Shown here piece by piece: positions 9,897 through 18,497 of a DNA stretch of 64,000 nucleotides. The notes beneath the pieces are model-generated. The model saw nothing but the letters and a program-made list of their open reading frames with translations. It was not told where the DNA came from and searched no databases. The stretch is from Promethearchaeota archaeon (GTDB lineage: Archaea; Asgardarchaeota; Lokiarchaeia; Sigyniarchaeales; SOKP01): contig JBHLNZ010000002.1 of assembly GCA_048941015.1 (NCBI GenBank), forward strand, positions 8,617 to 72,616, read 5' to 3'. Each line of letters begins with the position of its first letter. Positions within the stretch are counted from its first letter, which is position 1. Made by a program: the position numbers and the translations under genes.

Positions 9897-10613
9897 TTAT
9901 AATTTGGCTAATAATTCTTCCTTCTCATCTAAACCTAATAATTTGAATTTAGCATCTTCTTTTAATATGAAGGCTACATCACACGTATTTTTACTTAAAT
10001 TATCGCCCATTAATTCTTTTAAAGTTCTTAATGGTAATAACTTTAATTCTTCATCACTAATATCTTCTTTATAATTTTCTTCAAGAAAAGCCCTAGCTTC
10101 TGCTGCACCTGACCCTATAGCAAAGGCTTTATATCCCCATAAAGCTCCACTTGGATCTGTTAAAAATAAAGACGCTTTACCATCTGAATCAATTCCAGCT
10201 ATAAGAAGACTCACTCCAAAAGGTCTAACACCCGCATTTTGAGTAAATAACTGAAGATATTCACAAATATTTAATGTACTGTCTTTTACAGATATTTTCT
10301 CATCATAGTTAAGTAAATTAACTTGCGCTTGAACTCTAGCCCTTTCTACTAACACACGAGCGTCAGCAGTAAGTCCGGCAATAGCCACACCAACATGATC
10401 GTCAATTTTAAAAATTTTCTCTGAACCAATAACTTCTTGAAGTTCAGAGCTCTTTTTTTCGACGGCAAACACAACAGAATTATTATTCCTACATACAATA
10501 GCCGTCGTACCTCTACGAACCGCTTCAATTGCATATTCTACTTGAAAAAGACGCCCTTCTGGTGAAAATTGGGTTATTGCCATGTCATAACCTCTTCCTG
10601 CTTGCTGGAACAT
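9897..10613 (-). CDS. psmA: proteasome subunit alpha
   Basis: YDMAITQFSPEGRLFQVEYA signature. AAGGAG Shine-Dalgarno about 8 nt upstream of the ATG. Confidence 0.92.
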   Translation of the reverse strand: MFQQAGRGYDMAITQFSPEGRLFQVEYAIEAVRRGTTAIVCRNNNSVVFAVEKKSSELQEVIGSEKIFKIDDHVGVAIAGLTADARVLVERARVQAQVNLLNYDEKISVKDSTLNICEYLQLFTQNAGVRPFGVSLLIAGIDSDGKASLFLTDPSGALWGYKAFAIGSGAAEARAFLEENYKEDISDEELKLLPLRTLKELMGDNLSKNTCDVAFILKEDAKFKLLGLDEKEELLAKL

Positions 10614-10777
10614 GATAATTCTCCTTGCGAAATTTTAATTAATATTTATTTGCATTATTTTTTTTTCTGATTAAAAAGTAGTAATAAATAATGAAATATA
10701 TATTTTTTTTTAATATTTCAAAAAGTTCTGAAGATAATATTAGATTATGAAAAGCCTTACATGTTAATATTTTTGCT

Positions 10778-11158
10778 TTAACTCCATGCTACTTTATTTA
10801 TAAAAATAGACCACTCTAAGATAATCATACCTTCGTCTCTGGTATGAGCAATGAGGTAATCTCCCTCTTTAGTAACAGAACCTACAATATTTCCTTTTCC
10901 GCCCACGATATTTTTAGCGGCTAATTGAATTTCATCATTTTTTAAAATCGCGAATCTGCTATCTTGAAATTTAAGAGCAGATTCTTTTTTTTTCCATGCA
11001 TTAAGAATTCCTTTAGCTTCTTCTGAGGTTATTTTGAAATCTTCAGATTTAAATATAATATTCCCTTCACTATTTAACAAAAATACCTCTTCTACCCCTT
11101 CAAATTCCCTAAGTTGCTCAACAAGATGAAAAAATCTCTTCTCTTCCACTATTTTCAC
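10778..11158 (-). CDS. small alpha/beta protein, profilin-like (alternative: roadblock/LC7 fold)
   Basis: 126 aa. The pattern VEEVFLLNSEGNIIFKSEDF ... LKFQDSRFAILKNDEIQLAAKNIVGGKGNIVGSVTKEGDYLIAHT follows the profilin layout: a G.kY.vlr.d-like strand pair followed by a Gly-rich loop. Confidence 0.4.
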   Translation of the reverse strand: MKIVEEKRFFHLVEQLREFEGVEEVFLLNSEGNIIFKSEDFKITSEEAKGILNAWKKKESALKFQDSRFAILKNDEIQLAAKNIVGGKGNIVGSVTKEGDYLIAHTRDEGMIILEWSIFINKVAWS

Positions 11159-11317
11159 TTCGAAAATATTTTAATCTTGACTCTCAAATGAAATTTTTTG
11201 AATTTAAATCTTTTTAGAACGAAAACATCTTAAATTTTTAAGAAAGAAAAATATATTATACATTAATTTTACTATCTAATTCATTAAGTAAAAAGCGGGT
11301 TAAATAATAGAAATTTT

Positions 11318-12103
11318 ATGGCACAAAAACTAGTTCTTTCTGACAAAATTTATAATATCAATTTTAAAAAAAAAAAAAGTAGTATTTTATCAAGATATTA
11401 TAAATACTTAAACGAGAAAATTCTGGGTTTTCCCGATACTAAAATTATAATTAAGAAATTAAGAGATTATGATAAAAGGATTGAAATAACTATTAATGGC
11501 CCAGAGGAGGTTTTTGTAACAAACATTCTAAAGAAAGAAATCGGTTTTGTTCATCAATTTGATCAGATTAAAGAAAAAAATACGTATAAAGGAACCATTG
11601 TAGATCTCGGTAAGGTAGGTTTTGGAATTTTTGTAGATTGTGCTATTTTAAACCCCGAAGTTGATGTTTTAATTACTTTACATACTCTTAGAGAGCAATT
11701 ATGTAATGGAAAAGAGAAATCTTTAAGAGAAATTATTAAAACCTATGATTTAATAGAAAACTTTCCGCTATTTATACATATAACTTCAATTGATCTAAAG
11801 AAAAAACAAATTGAAGGTAGAATTGGTGATAGAACAATTGGATTCTTCAAATTTCTATTGAATGAAAAGTTAGATGCGGTTTTAATTACTGGAGAAACAA
11901 AAGCTCAGCTTAAAAAAGCTTTAATTAAAACAAACCATTATCGCGATATAGCAAAAATTGAAAGATTTGGATTTCTAGAAAATATCGTTCTTCTTAAACG
12001 AGGAACAAATGCTCCAGGGATTATTAATGAGATAGGCAAGTATCTCAAAGGATGTAAATTAAGTGCGATCAGACCTGATAAGATTAGCAAGTTATTTGAA
12101 TAA
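11318..12103 (+). CDS. conserved hypothetical protein with S1/OB-like segment
   Basis: 261-aa ORF with coding-like composition. YKGTIVDLGKVGFGIFVDCAI resembles an S1 motif. No firm family assignment. Confidence 0.5.
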   Translation: MAQKLVLSDKIYNINFKKKKSSILSRYYKYLNEKILGFPDTKIIIKKLRDYDKRIEITINGPEEVFVTNILKKEIGFVHQFDQIKEKNTYKGTIVDLGKVGFGIFVDCAILNPEVDVLITLHTLREQLCNGKEKSLREIIKTYDLIENFPLFIHITSIDLKKKQIEGRIGDRTIGFFKFLLNEKLDAVLITGETKAQLKKALIKTNHYRDIAKIERFGFLENIVLLKRGTNAPGIINEIGKYLKGCKLSAIRPDKISKLFE

Positions 12104-12111
12104 AGCTAAAA

Positions 12112-12214
12112 TGGTGGGCCCAGGGAGGATTGAACTCCCGACCTTCTCGGTGTAAGCGAGATGTTTTTTATTCAATTTCGAAAAATTGAATCATAACCAC
12201 TAGACCATGGGCCC
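12112..12214 (-). tRNA. tRNA-Val(UAC) with about 27-nt intron in the D-arm region; CCA encoded
   Basis: Reverse complement reads GGGCCCA-TG-GTCTAGTGGTTATGA[TTCAATTTTTCGAAATTGAATAAAAAA]CA-TCTCG-CTTACAC-CGAGA-AGGTC-GGGAG-TTCAATC-CTCCC-TGGGCCC-A-CCA. The acceptor, anticodon and T arms pair perfectly. The D stem closes only after removing the insert. Confidence 0.85.
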
Positions 12215-12355
12215 TTATTATTCCAATATTAAAATTAGCAATTTATGATATTTTGATATTAATACTTCAAAACTTTAATTATTTTTTATTTTTTAAATTT
12301 TTGAAAATTCATAACGGACGCATACGTTATAAAGACTTTTTATCTTTTTATTGAT

Positions 12356-13201
12356 ATGGTATCAAAAGTACATCCAGATCTTAGATGCAATTACTTTGAC
12401 AGAATAGATTCTAAAGAAAAAGCATATTGGCTTGGATTTATATATGCTGATGGATGTATAAATATAGACAAAAGGAGTGAAGGAACAAGGAGATTAATGA
12501 TTAAAATCAAGAAGGAGGATGACTTTTTAATAAAGGCATTTGCTAAAACAATTAGTTTTAATTCTAATAGAATAAAGTTAAATAAAAATAATGGAATGCT
12601 TAGAATTATAATTGGGAATAAGAAATTAACAAGATATTTAATAAATTGGGGTGTTATTCCTAGAAAATCAAAAGTGATCCAAATGCCTAAATTTCAAAAA
12701 AGAGAATATTATTTAGCATTTCTCCTTGGATTTTTTGACGTAGATGGAACAGAAGGAACAAGCAAAATTACATCAGGAAGTAAAAAATTTTTAGAACAAA
12801 TCAAGCAATTATTTAATTTAAATTTTAAAATTCATCAAAAACAAGGTAAAGGTAAGGGTTATGATTTGTTTTTAGGAAAAGAGTTGTTTAATGAAATGCT
12901 AGATAATTATAAACACAGTTTACCAAGGAAAAGAAATAAATTTTCAATTAATGCAGAGAAAATTAGCAAAATGAAAGTAAATGCTTGGAAAGGACACCAC
13001 AAAAGAAAATTTATTATAACTCAAGAAAAATTGGAGATTCTTGTTTGGAAAATACCAAAATCCGAAATTGCGAGAATTTATAATGTATCAGATACTACTA
13101 TTGCGAAATGGTGTAAAAAGTTAGGAATCAAAAGTCCTTCTAGAGGCTATTGGTCGAAGAAGCATAATCAAATAATAGATCATCAGAATAATGATAAATA
13201 A
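12356..13201 (+). CDS. free-standing double-motif LAGLIDADG homing-endonuclease-like protein with C-terminal HTH
   Basis: Two LAGLIDADG motifs (YWLGFIYADGCI and YLAFLLGFFDVDGTEG). C-terminal HTH-like SEIARIYNVSDTTIAKWCKKLGI. Confidence 0.75.
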   Translation: MVSKVHPDLRCNYFDRIDSKEKAYWLGFIYADGCINIDKRSEGTRRLMIKIKKEDDFLIKAFAKTISFNSNRIKLNKNNGMLRIIIGNKKLTRYLINWGVIPRKSKVIQMPKFQKREYYLAFLLGFFDVDGTEGTSKITSGSKKFLEQIKQLFNLNFKIHQKQGKGKGYDLFLGKELFNEMLDNYKHSLPRKRNKFSINAEKISKMKVNAWKGHHKRKFIITQEKLEILVWKIPKSEIARIYNVSDTTIAKWCKKLGIKSPSRGYWSKKHNQIIDHQNNDK

Positions 13202-13317
13202 TAAAAATTAAACTATTTCTATTTATTTAATGAAACAATTTGATTAATTTCAATATTAGATTTTTTTTTAAAAAAGTATTAAAATTTTTTATTGTTATTA
13301 ATTAATTAAGGAAAATT

Positions 13318-13400
13318 GCAAATGTCGCTTAGCCTGGTAGAGCGCTGGTCTGCTAAACCGGTGTCCGATGGACTCGTGGGTTCAAATCCCACCATTTGCG
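13318..13400 (+). tRNA. tRNA-Ser(GCU)
   Basis: GCAAATG acceptor pairs with CATTTGC. Anticodon stem CTGGT/ACCGG with loop CTGCTAA. Long variable arm (GTCC..GGAC). T arm GTGGG-TTCAAAT-CCCAC. Confidence 0.85.
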
Positions 13401-13519
13401 CTTAATTATCTTTCATTCTGAAAAAAATTTGCTAATATCAACATAAAATTTAGATAATTCAGATTACACTTCAAATAATATAAAAAAAAAGTGAAGTTTA
13501 TTAAATCAACTTGAATATC

Positions 13520-14701
13520 TTATTTCTTTCTCTCTTTTAAATATCTTCTTATCACTGACTCAATATACCACCAAAATATTCCTGCAGGAATACATATAAT
13601 CCAATTAATTATTAGATGTCCAAAGCATGCTATAGAGTCCCCGGTGGAGATACCAAAAATGCTAGCACAGTAATGATTACCGTAAAGATACTTAACAATT
13701 CCGAGATAAAAAATTTGCGTTAATAAAATATGATACGTCGATTTTCCGATTACAATAATTCCTTTGGAAATAAAGTTATCTGACTGCTTGGGTAATGCTT
13801 TCATAGCAATGAGGAAAAGGAATGCAGAGTAAGGAAATACGAATAAATTATAATCTCCCCGAATAAATGCAAAACGAAAGTCATTGAATTGATAATTCCA
13901 AAGATAAATTAGACTCAATGGAAATAGGATAAACATAAAAAGATTTTGTTTAGCGAAAATATTAGGATTTCTTGAAAACCACATCCCTAAAGCAACGGCA
14001 GAGATCATAAATAATATATTTGTAGCGAAAACCATGTATCTGAGTTGAAAATCATAATACGCTTCCCAAGTGGGAAATGGCGGTGCTCCTATGAAGAAGA
14101 AAATGTAAAATTGGATTAAGATTTCAAGAACATAACAAAAGAATAATGTTAATGCAGCCCATATAAGTTTTCCAGAAAATCCTTTATACAATAAGGGAAG
14201 AATAATGATTGCACTAAAAATTACAGGTAAAAACCATATTCCTGGACCGTAAAAAGGTAATATTCCCATTATAAGATGAGGAAACTGAAATCTGTTATAA
14301 TTACCATCAGGATCCCATGTTTGAGTAAGAAACATAGCCTCAAAATTAAAATCATAAAGTATTAACCCAATTATTGTAGAAATTAAATATAAAATAAGAT
14401 ATGGAAATATATATCGCCAAAACTTACGTTTCCAATAACTCCATGAATAAAATTGCCTTAAAGATGTTTGTCCCCTACTTTTATAAGAATAACCAAGGTT
14501 AAACCCCATAATCACTAGAAAGATTGGAATTGAAATTCGTTCCCAAAATGAAGCTCCTATCTCACCTTTAATGCTCCACGGAATTGTATGATCAAAAATT
14601 ACCAAGAAAATCATAACTGCTTTTAAAAAATCAATTTGAAAAAGGTGGCTTTTTTCTGATCTCCCTAATTCTTTTTCTTTAAAAGTCGTTATTTCATTCA
14701 A
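13520..14701 (-). CDS. acyltransferase family 3 integral membrane protein
   Basis: About 10 hydrophobic segments. N-terminal DFLKAVMIFLVIFDHT is typical of the OafA/acyltransferase_3 family. TTG start is uncertain. Confidence 0.6.
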   Translation of the reverse strand: MNEITTFKEKELGRSEKSHLFQIDFLKAVMIFLVIFDHTIPWSIKGEIGASFWERISIPIFLVIMGFNLGYSYKSRGQTSLRQFYSWSYWKRKFWRYIFPYLILYLISTIIGLILYDFNFEAMFLTQTWDPDGNYNRFQFPHLIMGILPFYGPGIWFLPVIFSAIIILPLLYKGFSGKLIWAALTLFFCYVLEILIQFYIFFFIGAPPFPTWEAYYDFQLRYMVFATNILFMISAVALGMWFSRNPNIFAKQNLFMFILFPLSLIYLWNYQFNDFRFAFIRGDYNLFVFPYSAFLFLIAMKALPKQSDNFISKGIIVIGKSTYHILLTQIFYLGIVKYLYGNHYCASIFGISTGDSIACFGHLIINWIICIPAGIFWWYIESVIRRYLKERKK

Positions 14702-14911
14702 ATTTAATCATTTTATTAATTTTTGGTTTAAATTTAATATGATTTGTTATTTTCAAAATCATATCAACTTTAAAGTGTTACTATAAATAGATTGATTTTA
14801 ACAATTTTGTTAAATACAATTATGATAAATTATTTTTTAAAATTAAAAAATAATAAGAACAGGTTTAATTAATTGAATAAAATAAGTGATTACACTTTCT
14901 GTTAACTCAAT

Positions 14912-15394
14912 TTATTCTGAAATGATTTCGAATACCATTTTCTCAATAATTGGTTTTTTAGTATATCTTTTATCATAATACCAACCAACTAAATGAGGTT
15001 GTAATTCTTTATCTGGAAGGTTAGGAACTACTATTATCATTACACCATTTGAAAGGTATTTTAATATTCTTTTATCAATTTGATGTAGTTTTTCATTACC
15101 AGAAGGATGAGAATGCCATTGCCATACTATATCAACTCCCATTTCTTGTTTAAACTTCCGCATGTTGTAAATTTTTGATTTTTTATAACGCATCCAGCTT
15201 CTAGGTTTTACATGAGCTTTAGTTCTCCTTAGATCGGGATTCATTATAAATTTACTGACAATACCGAAGTTTTCTTTACGATCCGCAAAAAGCCATCCGT
15301 GTATAATATAAGGATACTCTTCAGCAGCTTTTTGAGTAATTTCATTAAAAATACGTTCGGGTATCAAATATCTAAAATCCTTAGTCGCACTCAT
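14912..15394 (-). CDS. JAB1/MPN (JAMM-like) domain protein
   Basis: WQWHSHPSGNEKLHQID resembles the JAMM HxHx7Sx2D metal site, with His in the Ser position. An upstream Glu lies in AAEEYPYIIHGWLF. Confidence 0.55.
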   Translation of the reverse strand: MSATKDFRYLIPERIFNEITQKAAEEYPYIIHGWLFADRKENFGIVSKFIMNPDLRRTKAHVKPRSWMRYKKSKIYNMRKFKQEMGVDIVWQWHSHPSGNEKLHQIDKRILKYLSNGVMIIVVPNLPDKELQPHLVGWYYDKRYTKKPIIEKMVFEIISE

Positions 15395-15572
15395 TATGTA
15401 TCTTCCTCAAATATGAACCAATGAAGGATAAAATTTATATTTTTCTTTAAATAGATTATCAGCTGAATTATATTACAAGGAAGAATAAAAAAAGATTTAT
15501 TTTAGTTAATATACTCATATTTAATACCCATAATTTATAAAGAACTCACTAATAAGAAGAAATTTAACAACG

Positions 15573-15677
15573 CAGACGTAGCCTAGTTGGTAAGACGCCG
15601 GCCTTGAGATTTTTATGATCTAAACAACATAGCCGGTGCGCGTAAGCGCTCGGGGGTTCGAGTCCCTCCGTCTGCGC
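15573..15677 (+). tRNA. tRNA-Ser(UGA) with about 22-nt intron at or near the canonical 37/38 position
   Basis: GCAGACG acceptor pairs with CGTCTGC. Anticodon stem CCGGC/GCCGG is interrupted after CTTGAG by ATTTTTATGATCTAAACAACAT. Long variable arm GCGC..GCGC. T arm GGGGG-TTCGAGT-CCCTC. Confidence 0.85.
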
Positions 15678-15709
15678 TAGTTATTGGAATTAAGATTTAA
15701 TCCATTATG

Positions 15710-15783
15710 GGCTATTGGCGCAGGCAGGTAGCGCAACCGGCTCTTAACCGGCAGGTCGGGGGTTCGAATCCCTCATAGCCCGC
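15710..15783 (+). tRNA. tRNA-Lys(CUU)
   Basis: GGGCTAT pairs with ATAGCCC. D arm GCGC..GCGC. Anticodon stem ACCGG/CCGGC with loop CTCTTAA. T arm GGGGG-TTCGAAT-CCCTC. Confidence 0.9.
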
Positions 15784-15857
15784 TATAATTTTTAATCTTT
15801 TTTAGGTCATGTTTTTGTTCATTTAGAAATCTCGCAATGAAGAGATTCTTAAAAAAT

Positions 15858-16814
15858 TTATAAATATTTAAATATAATCTCGAAATCAGAAAAATCAAAA
15901 GGCTTTAAGATATAACCATCTGCTAATGTTTCTTGTATTTTTTTTTTAACCTCCGAACCTGGTATAGCAGTTAATAGAAATACGGGTATGTTTTTAGTTC
16001 TATTATTAGACTTTATCATTTTACAGATTTCATATCCATTATAATCAGGTAATATTATATCCAGCAAAATTACTTTAGGCGAATTATTTCTTAATTCTTC
16101 TAAACCTTTCGAGCCACTAATTACACCATTACAACTATAATTCTTACTTTCGAAATAACTGGTAAGCAATCGAATTGTTGCCAAATCGTCTTCAATTAAG
16201 AGTATATCATATTGGGAAGCTTCAATTTTAATATCTTCTAGAATGTTTATGATTTTATTTTCAAGCAAGATCGATTGATCAAATATGTTTTGAATGGTAG
16301 ATAAGATATTTTCGTCAAGAGTTTTCTTATAATTCTCAAGTAATAACTGAGAAAAGCCCTTTATCGAAGTTAATGGCTCTTTTAATGCATGAGAAAGATT
16401 TGTAAGAACTTTATTATCTAATATATTTAAATTATCTCCAATTATGCTAGATTTCTGGTCTATAAAATAATCAACCGCTTCACGTATTAATTTTGAAATT
16501 GTATTATATTTATCTTTATTTATATCAATAAATTCTTGCCAATCTGATTTTGTTTGTTCCTCAACATATAAAGAAATACGTTCCTTATCTCGATCATAAA
16601 TCTTCTCTCCTTTTAACCATTTTTTAAATGCTTCTGTTATTTGATCACGCCATATCGCATTTTTACCTGTTTCTTCTTCATATTGTTCCATTAATTTTTT
16701 GACTTTATCATTCTTTAAATCTAAGTTTTCTATCTCTTCATCAGGTAAAAGAGGATCACGATGTTTATCTTCATGATTAACGTTAATATTTTCATCCTTA
16801 GCTATGAATAACAC
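15858..16814 (-). CDS. RHH-like + HisKA-like + receiver (REC) domain protein lacking a kinase ATPase domain (paralog A)
   Basis: RISLYVEEQTKSDWQEFI...ISKLIREAVDYFI is ribbon-helix-helix-like. H-box LSHALKEPLTSIKGFSQLL. REC with IEDD, LLDIILPD, LTA and LKP. Confidence 0.7.
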   Translation of the reverse strand: MLFIAKDENINVNHEDKHRDPLLPDEEIENLDLKNDKVKKLMEQYEEETGKNAIWRDQITEAFKKWLKGEKIYDRDKERISLYVEEQTKSDWQEFIDINKDKYNTISKLIREAVDYFIDQKSSIIGDNLNILDNKVLTNLSHALKEPLTSIKGFSQLLLENYKKTLDENILSTIQNIFDQSILLENKIINILEDIKIEASQYDILLIEDDLATIRLLTSYFESKNYSCNGVISGSKGLEELRNNSPKVILLDIILPDYNGYEICKMIKSNNRTKNIPVFLLTAIPGSEVKKKIQETLADGYILKPFDFSDFEIIFKYL

Positions 16815-16996
16815 CTATTTTTTAATACGTTTGAAAGCTCTTTGATTTCAATTTTGTGAATATTATTTAAATTATTACAAAAAAAAATAATTTTTTATCA
16901 CTAAAAATACTTTATATTTTTTTTCAATTACTTTTTTTGTAAAGGAATTATTATTTTGAAATCTTTTTTTCAAAAATACAATAAAAACAGATTTAA

Positions 16997-18001
16997 CTAT
17001 TTTATTACTCCATTTAATATTTCAAAAATTATTTCAAAATCCGAGAAATTAAATGGTTTTAAAATGTAACCATCGGCTCTCGTTTCATCTAAGTGTCTTT
17101 CGACTTCAGATCCAGATATTGCAGTAAGAAAATAAATAGGTATTTTTTTAAATTCTTTATCAGATTTGATTGTTTTACATATATCATAGCCACTTAAATC
17201 AGGTAAAATTATATCTAATAATATTATTTTAGGTTGAGCTCTCCCTAACTCTTCCAAGCCTTTAGAACCACTAACGACACCTTTACAAGCATATCCTTTA
17301 CTCTCGAAATAACTAGTAATTAATCGGATTGTAGCAAGGTCATCTTCAATTAATAAAATATCATAAGCATGGTTCTGCATTTTAATGTTATCTAAAAAGT
17401 TTACAATTCTATTTTCAAGAAGATTGCTCTGATCTAGAATACTTTTTAATTTTTCCTTAATATCTTCATTTAATTTATTTTTATAGCTTTCATTCTCAAA
17501 AAGAAACTGAGAATACCCTTTAATTGAGGTTAAAGGTTCTTTTAAATCGTGTGAAATGTCAGAAATAGTTTTTTTATCCAATTTAGATAATTTACTTATT
17601 GCTTTATCTGAATCATCTATAAATGTTTTAACGCTTTGTCTTATCAGCTCTGAAAAGGATGGAAAATCATCCTTATGGGTATTTATGAATTCTTGCCATT
17701 TCTCTTTTGTATCTTCAGATACATAAAGGGAGATTCTTTCTTTATCACGTGTGTAAATCTTTTCTCCTTTTAACCATTTTTTAAATGCTTCAGTCACTTG
17801 ACTACGCCACACAGCATATTTATCTGTTTCCTTTTGATATTTTTTCATTAACTTTTTAACTTTTTCACTTTCTAAATCTAAATTATCAATTTCTTCATCT
17901 GATAAAGAAATTTTCTCATTTGAATTTGATGTTTCGTTCTCATTCTCATTGATTTCTTCTTTTTTGTCCTCTGAACTCTTATTCTCTTTTACTATCGGCA
18001 T
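16997..18001 (-). CDS. RHH-like + HisKA-like + receiver (REC) domain protein lacking a kinase ATPase domain (paralog B)
   Basis: Same architecture as 15858..16814. REC domains are visibly about 70% identical. H-box ISHDLKEPLTSIKGYSQFL. Confidence 0.7.
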   Translation of the reverse strand: MPIVKENKSSEDKKEEINENENETSNSNEKISLSDEEIDNLDLESEKVKKLMKKYQKETDKYAVWRSQVTEAFKKWLKGEKIYTRDKERISLYVSEDTKEKWQEFINTHKDDFPSFSELIRQSVKTFIDDSDKAISKLSKLDKKTISDISHDLKEPLTSIKGYSQFLFENESYKNKLNEDIKEKLKSILDQSNLLENRIVNFLDNIKMQNHAYDILLIEDDLATIRLITSYFESKGYACKGVVSGSKGLEELGRAQPKIILLDIILPDLSGYDICKTIKSDKEFKKIPIYFLTAISGSEVERHLDETRADGYILKPFNFSDFEIIFEILNGVIK

Positions 18002-18497
18002 TTCACCTTATTGATCAATATATTAAAAAATTCTTTTTACCACAAAATATCTATTAGTTCTGAATTAATTAATTCAAAAATAAAAAAAAAGTAAGATTAT
18101 TTAATTCTATCCAAAAAGAAAACTGTTTTATCCATGTATAAAAACAAATTAGATCTAAATATTTCGGATAAAGGCTACCAGTAAATTTTGCTAATTTGTC
18201 GTGTGAAAAAAAAGAGAACTTTTTACCTTTCATTTCAAAAAAAATTGATTATAATGAGGACATACCTATGTGATATATCTATTTTTAAAGAATTAATTTA
18301 CAAATTTTGTCATAAAAATTTTTATATTCATGAACGATCATTTCTGATAACAAAAAGATTTAAATATGAATTTTGAATATTAAAGAGTAACAAAAAAAAA
18401 ATTGTGTGTACAAAAATAAATATTTTATGTTCAAAAAATTCCCGTGAAAAAAAATATTTTGTATCTAATTTATGGTTATGATTGAGGTATTTATAAT

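Noticed and set aside
9481-10534. ORFs 9481..9783 and 9862..10074 (plus strand), and 10349..10534 (minus strand, alternative frame).
   Set aside because: They overlap the SBDS and psmA genes. They are Ser/Leu/Ile-rich shadow frames.
15395-15572. Possible C/D-box sRNA in spacers near the tRNA cluster and at about 24850.
   Set aside because: There are isolated CTGA or GATGAT-like strings. No properly spaced C (RUGAUGA) and D (CUGA) box pair with terminal stem could be found by eye.
18188-18376. 62-aa ORF in the long intergenic region upstream of tfb.
   Set aside because: It has a TTG start, no Shine-Dalgarno and a composition indistinguishable from the AT-rich spacer. It is more likely promoter or leader DNA for tfb.
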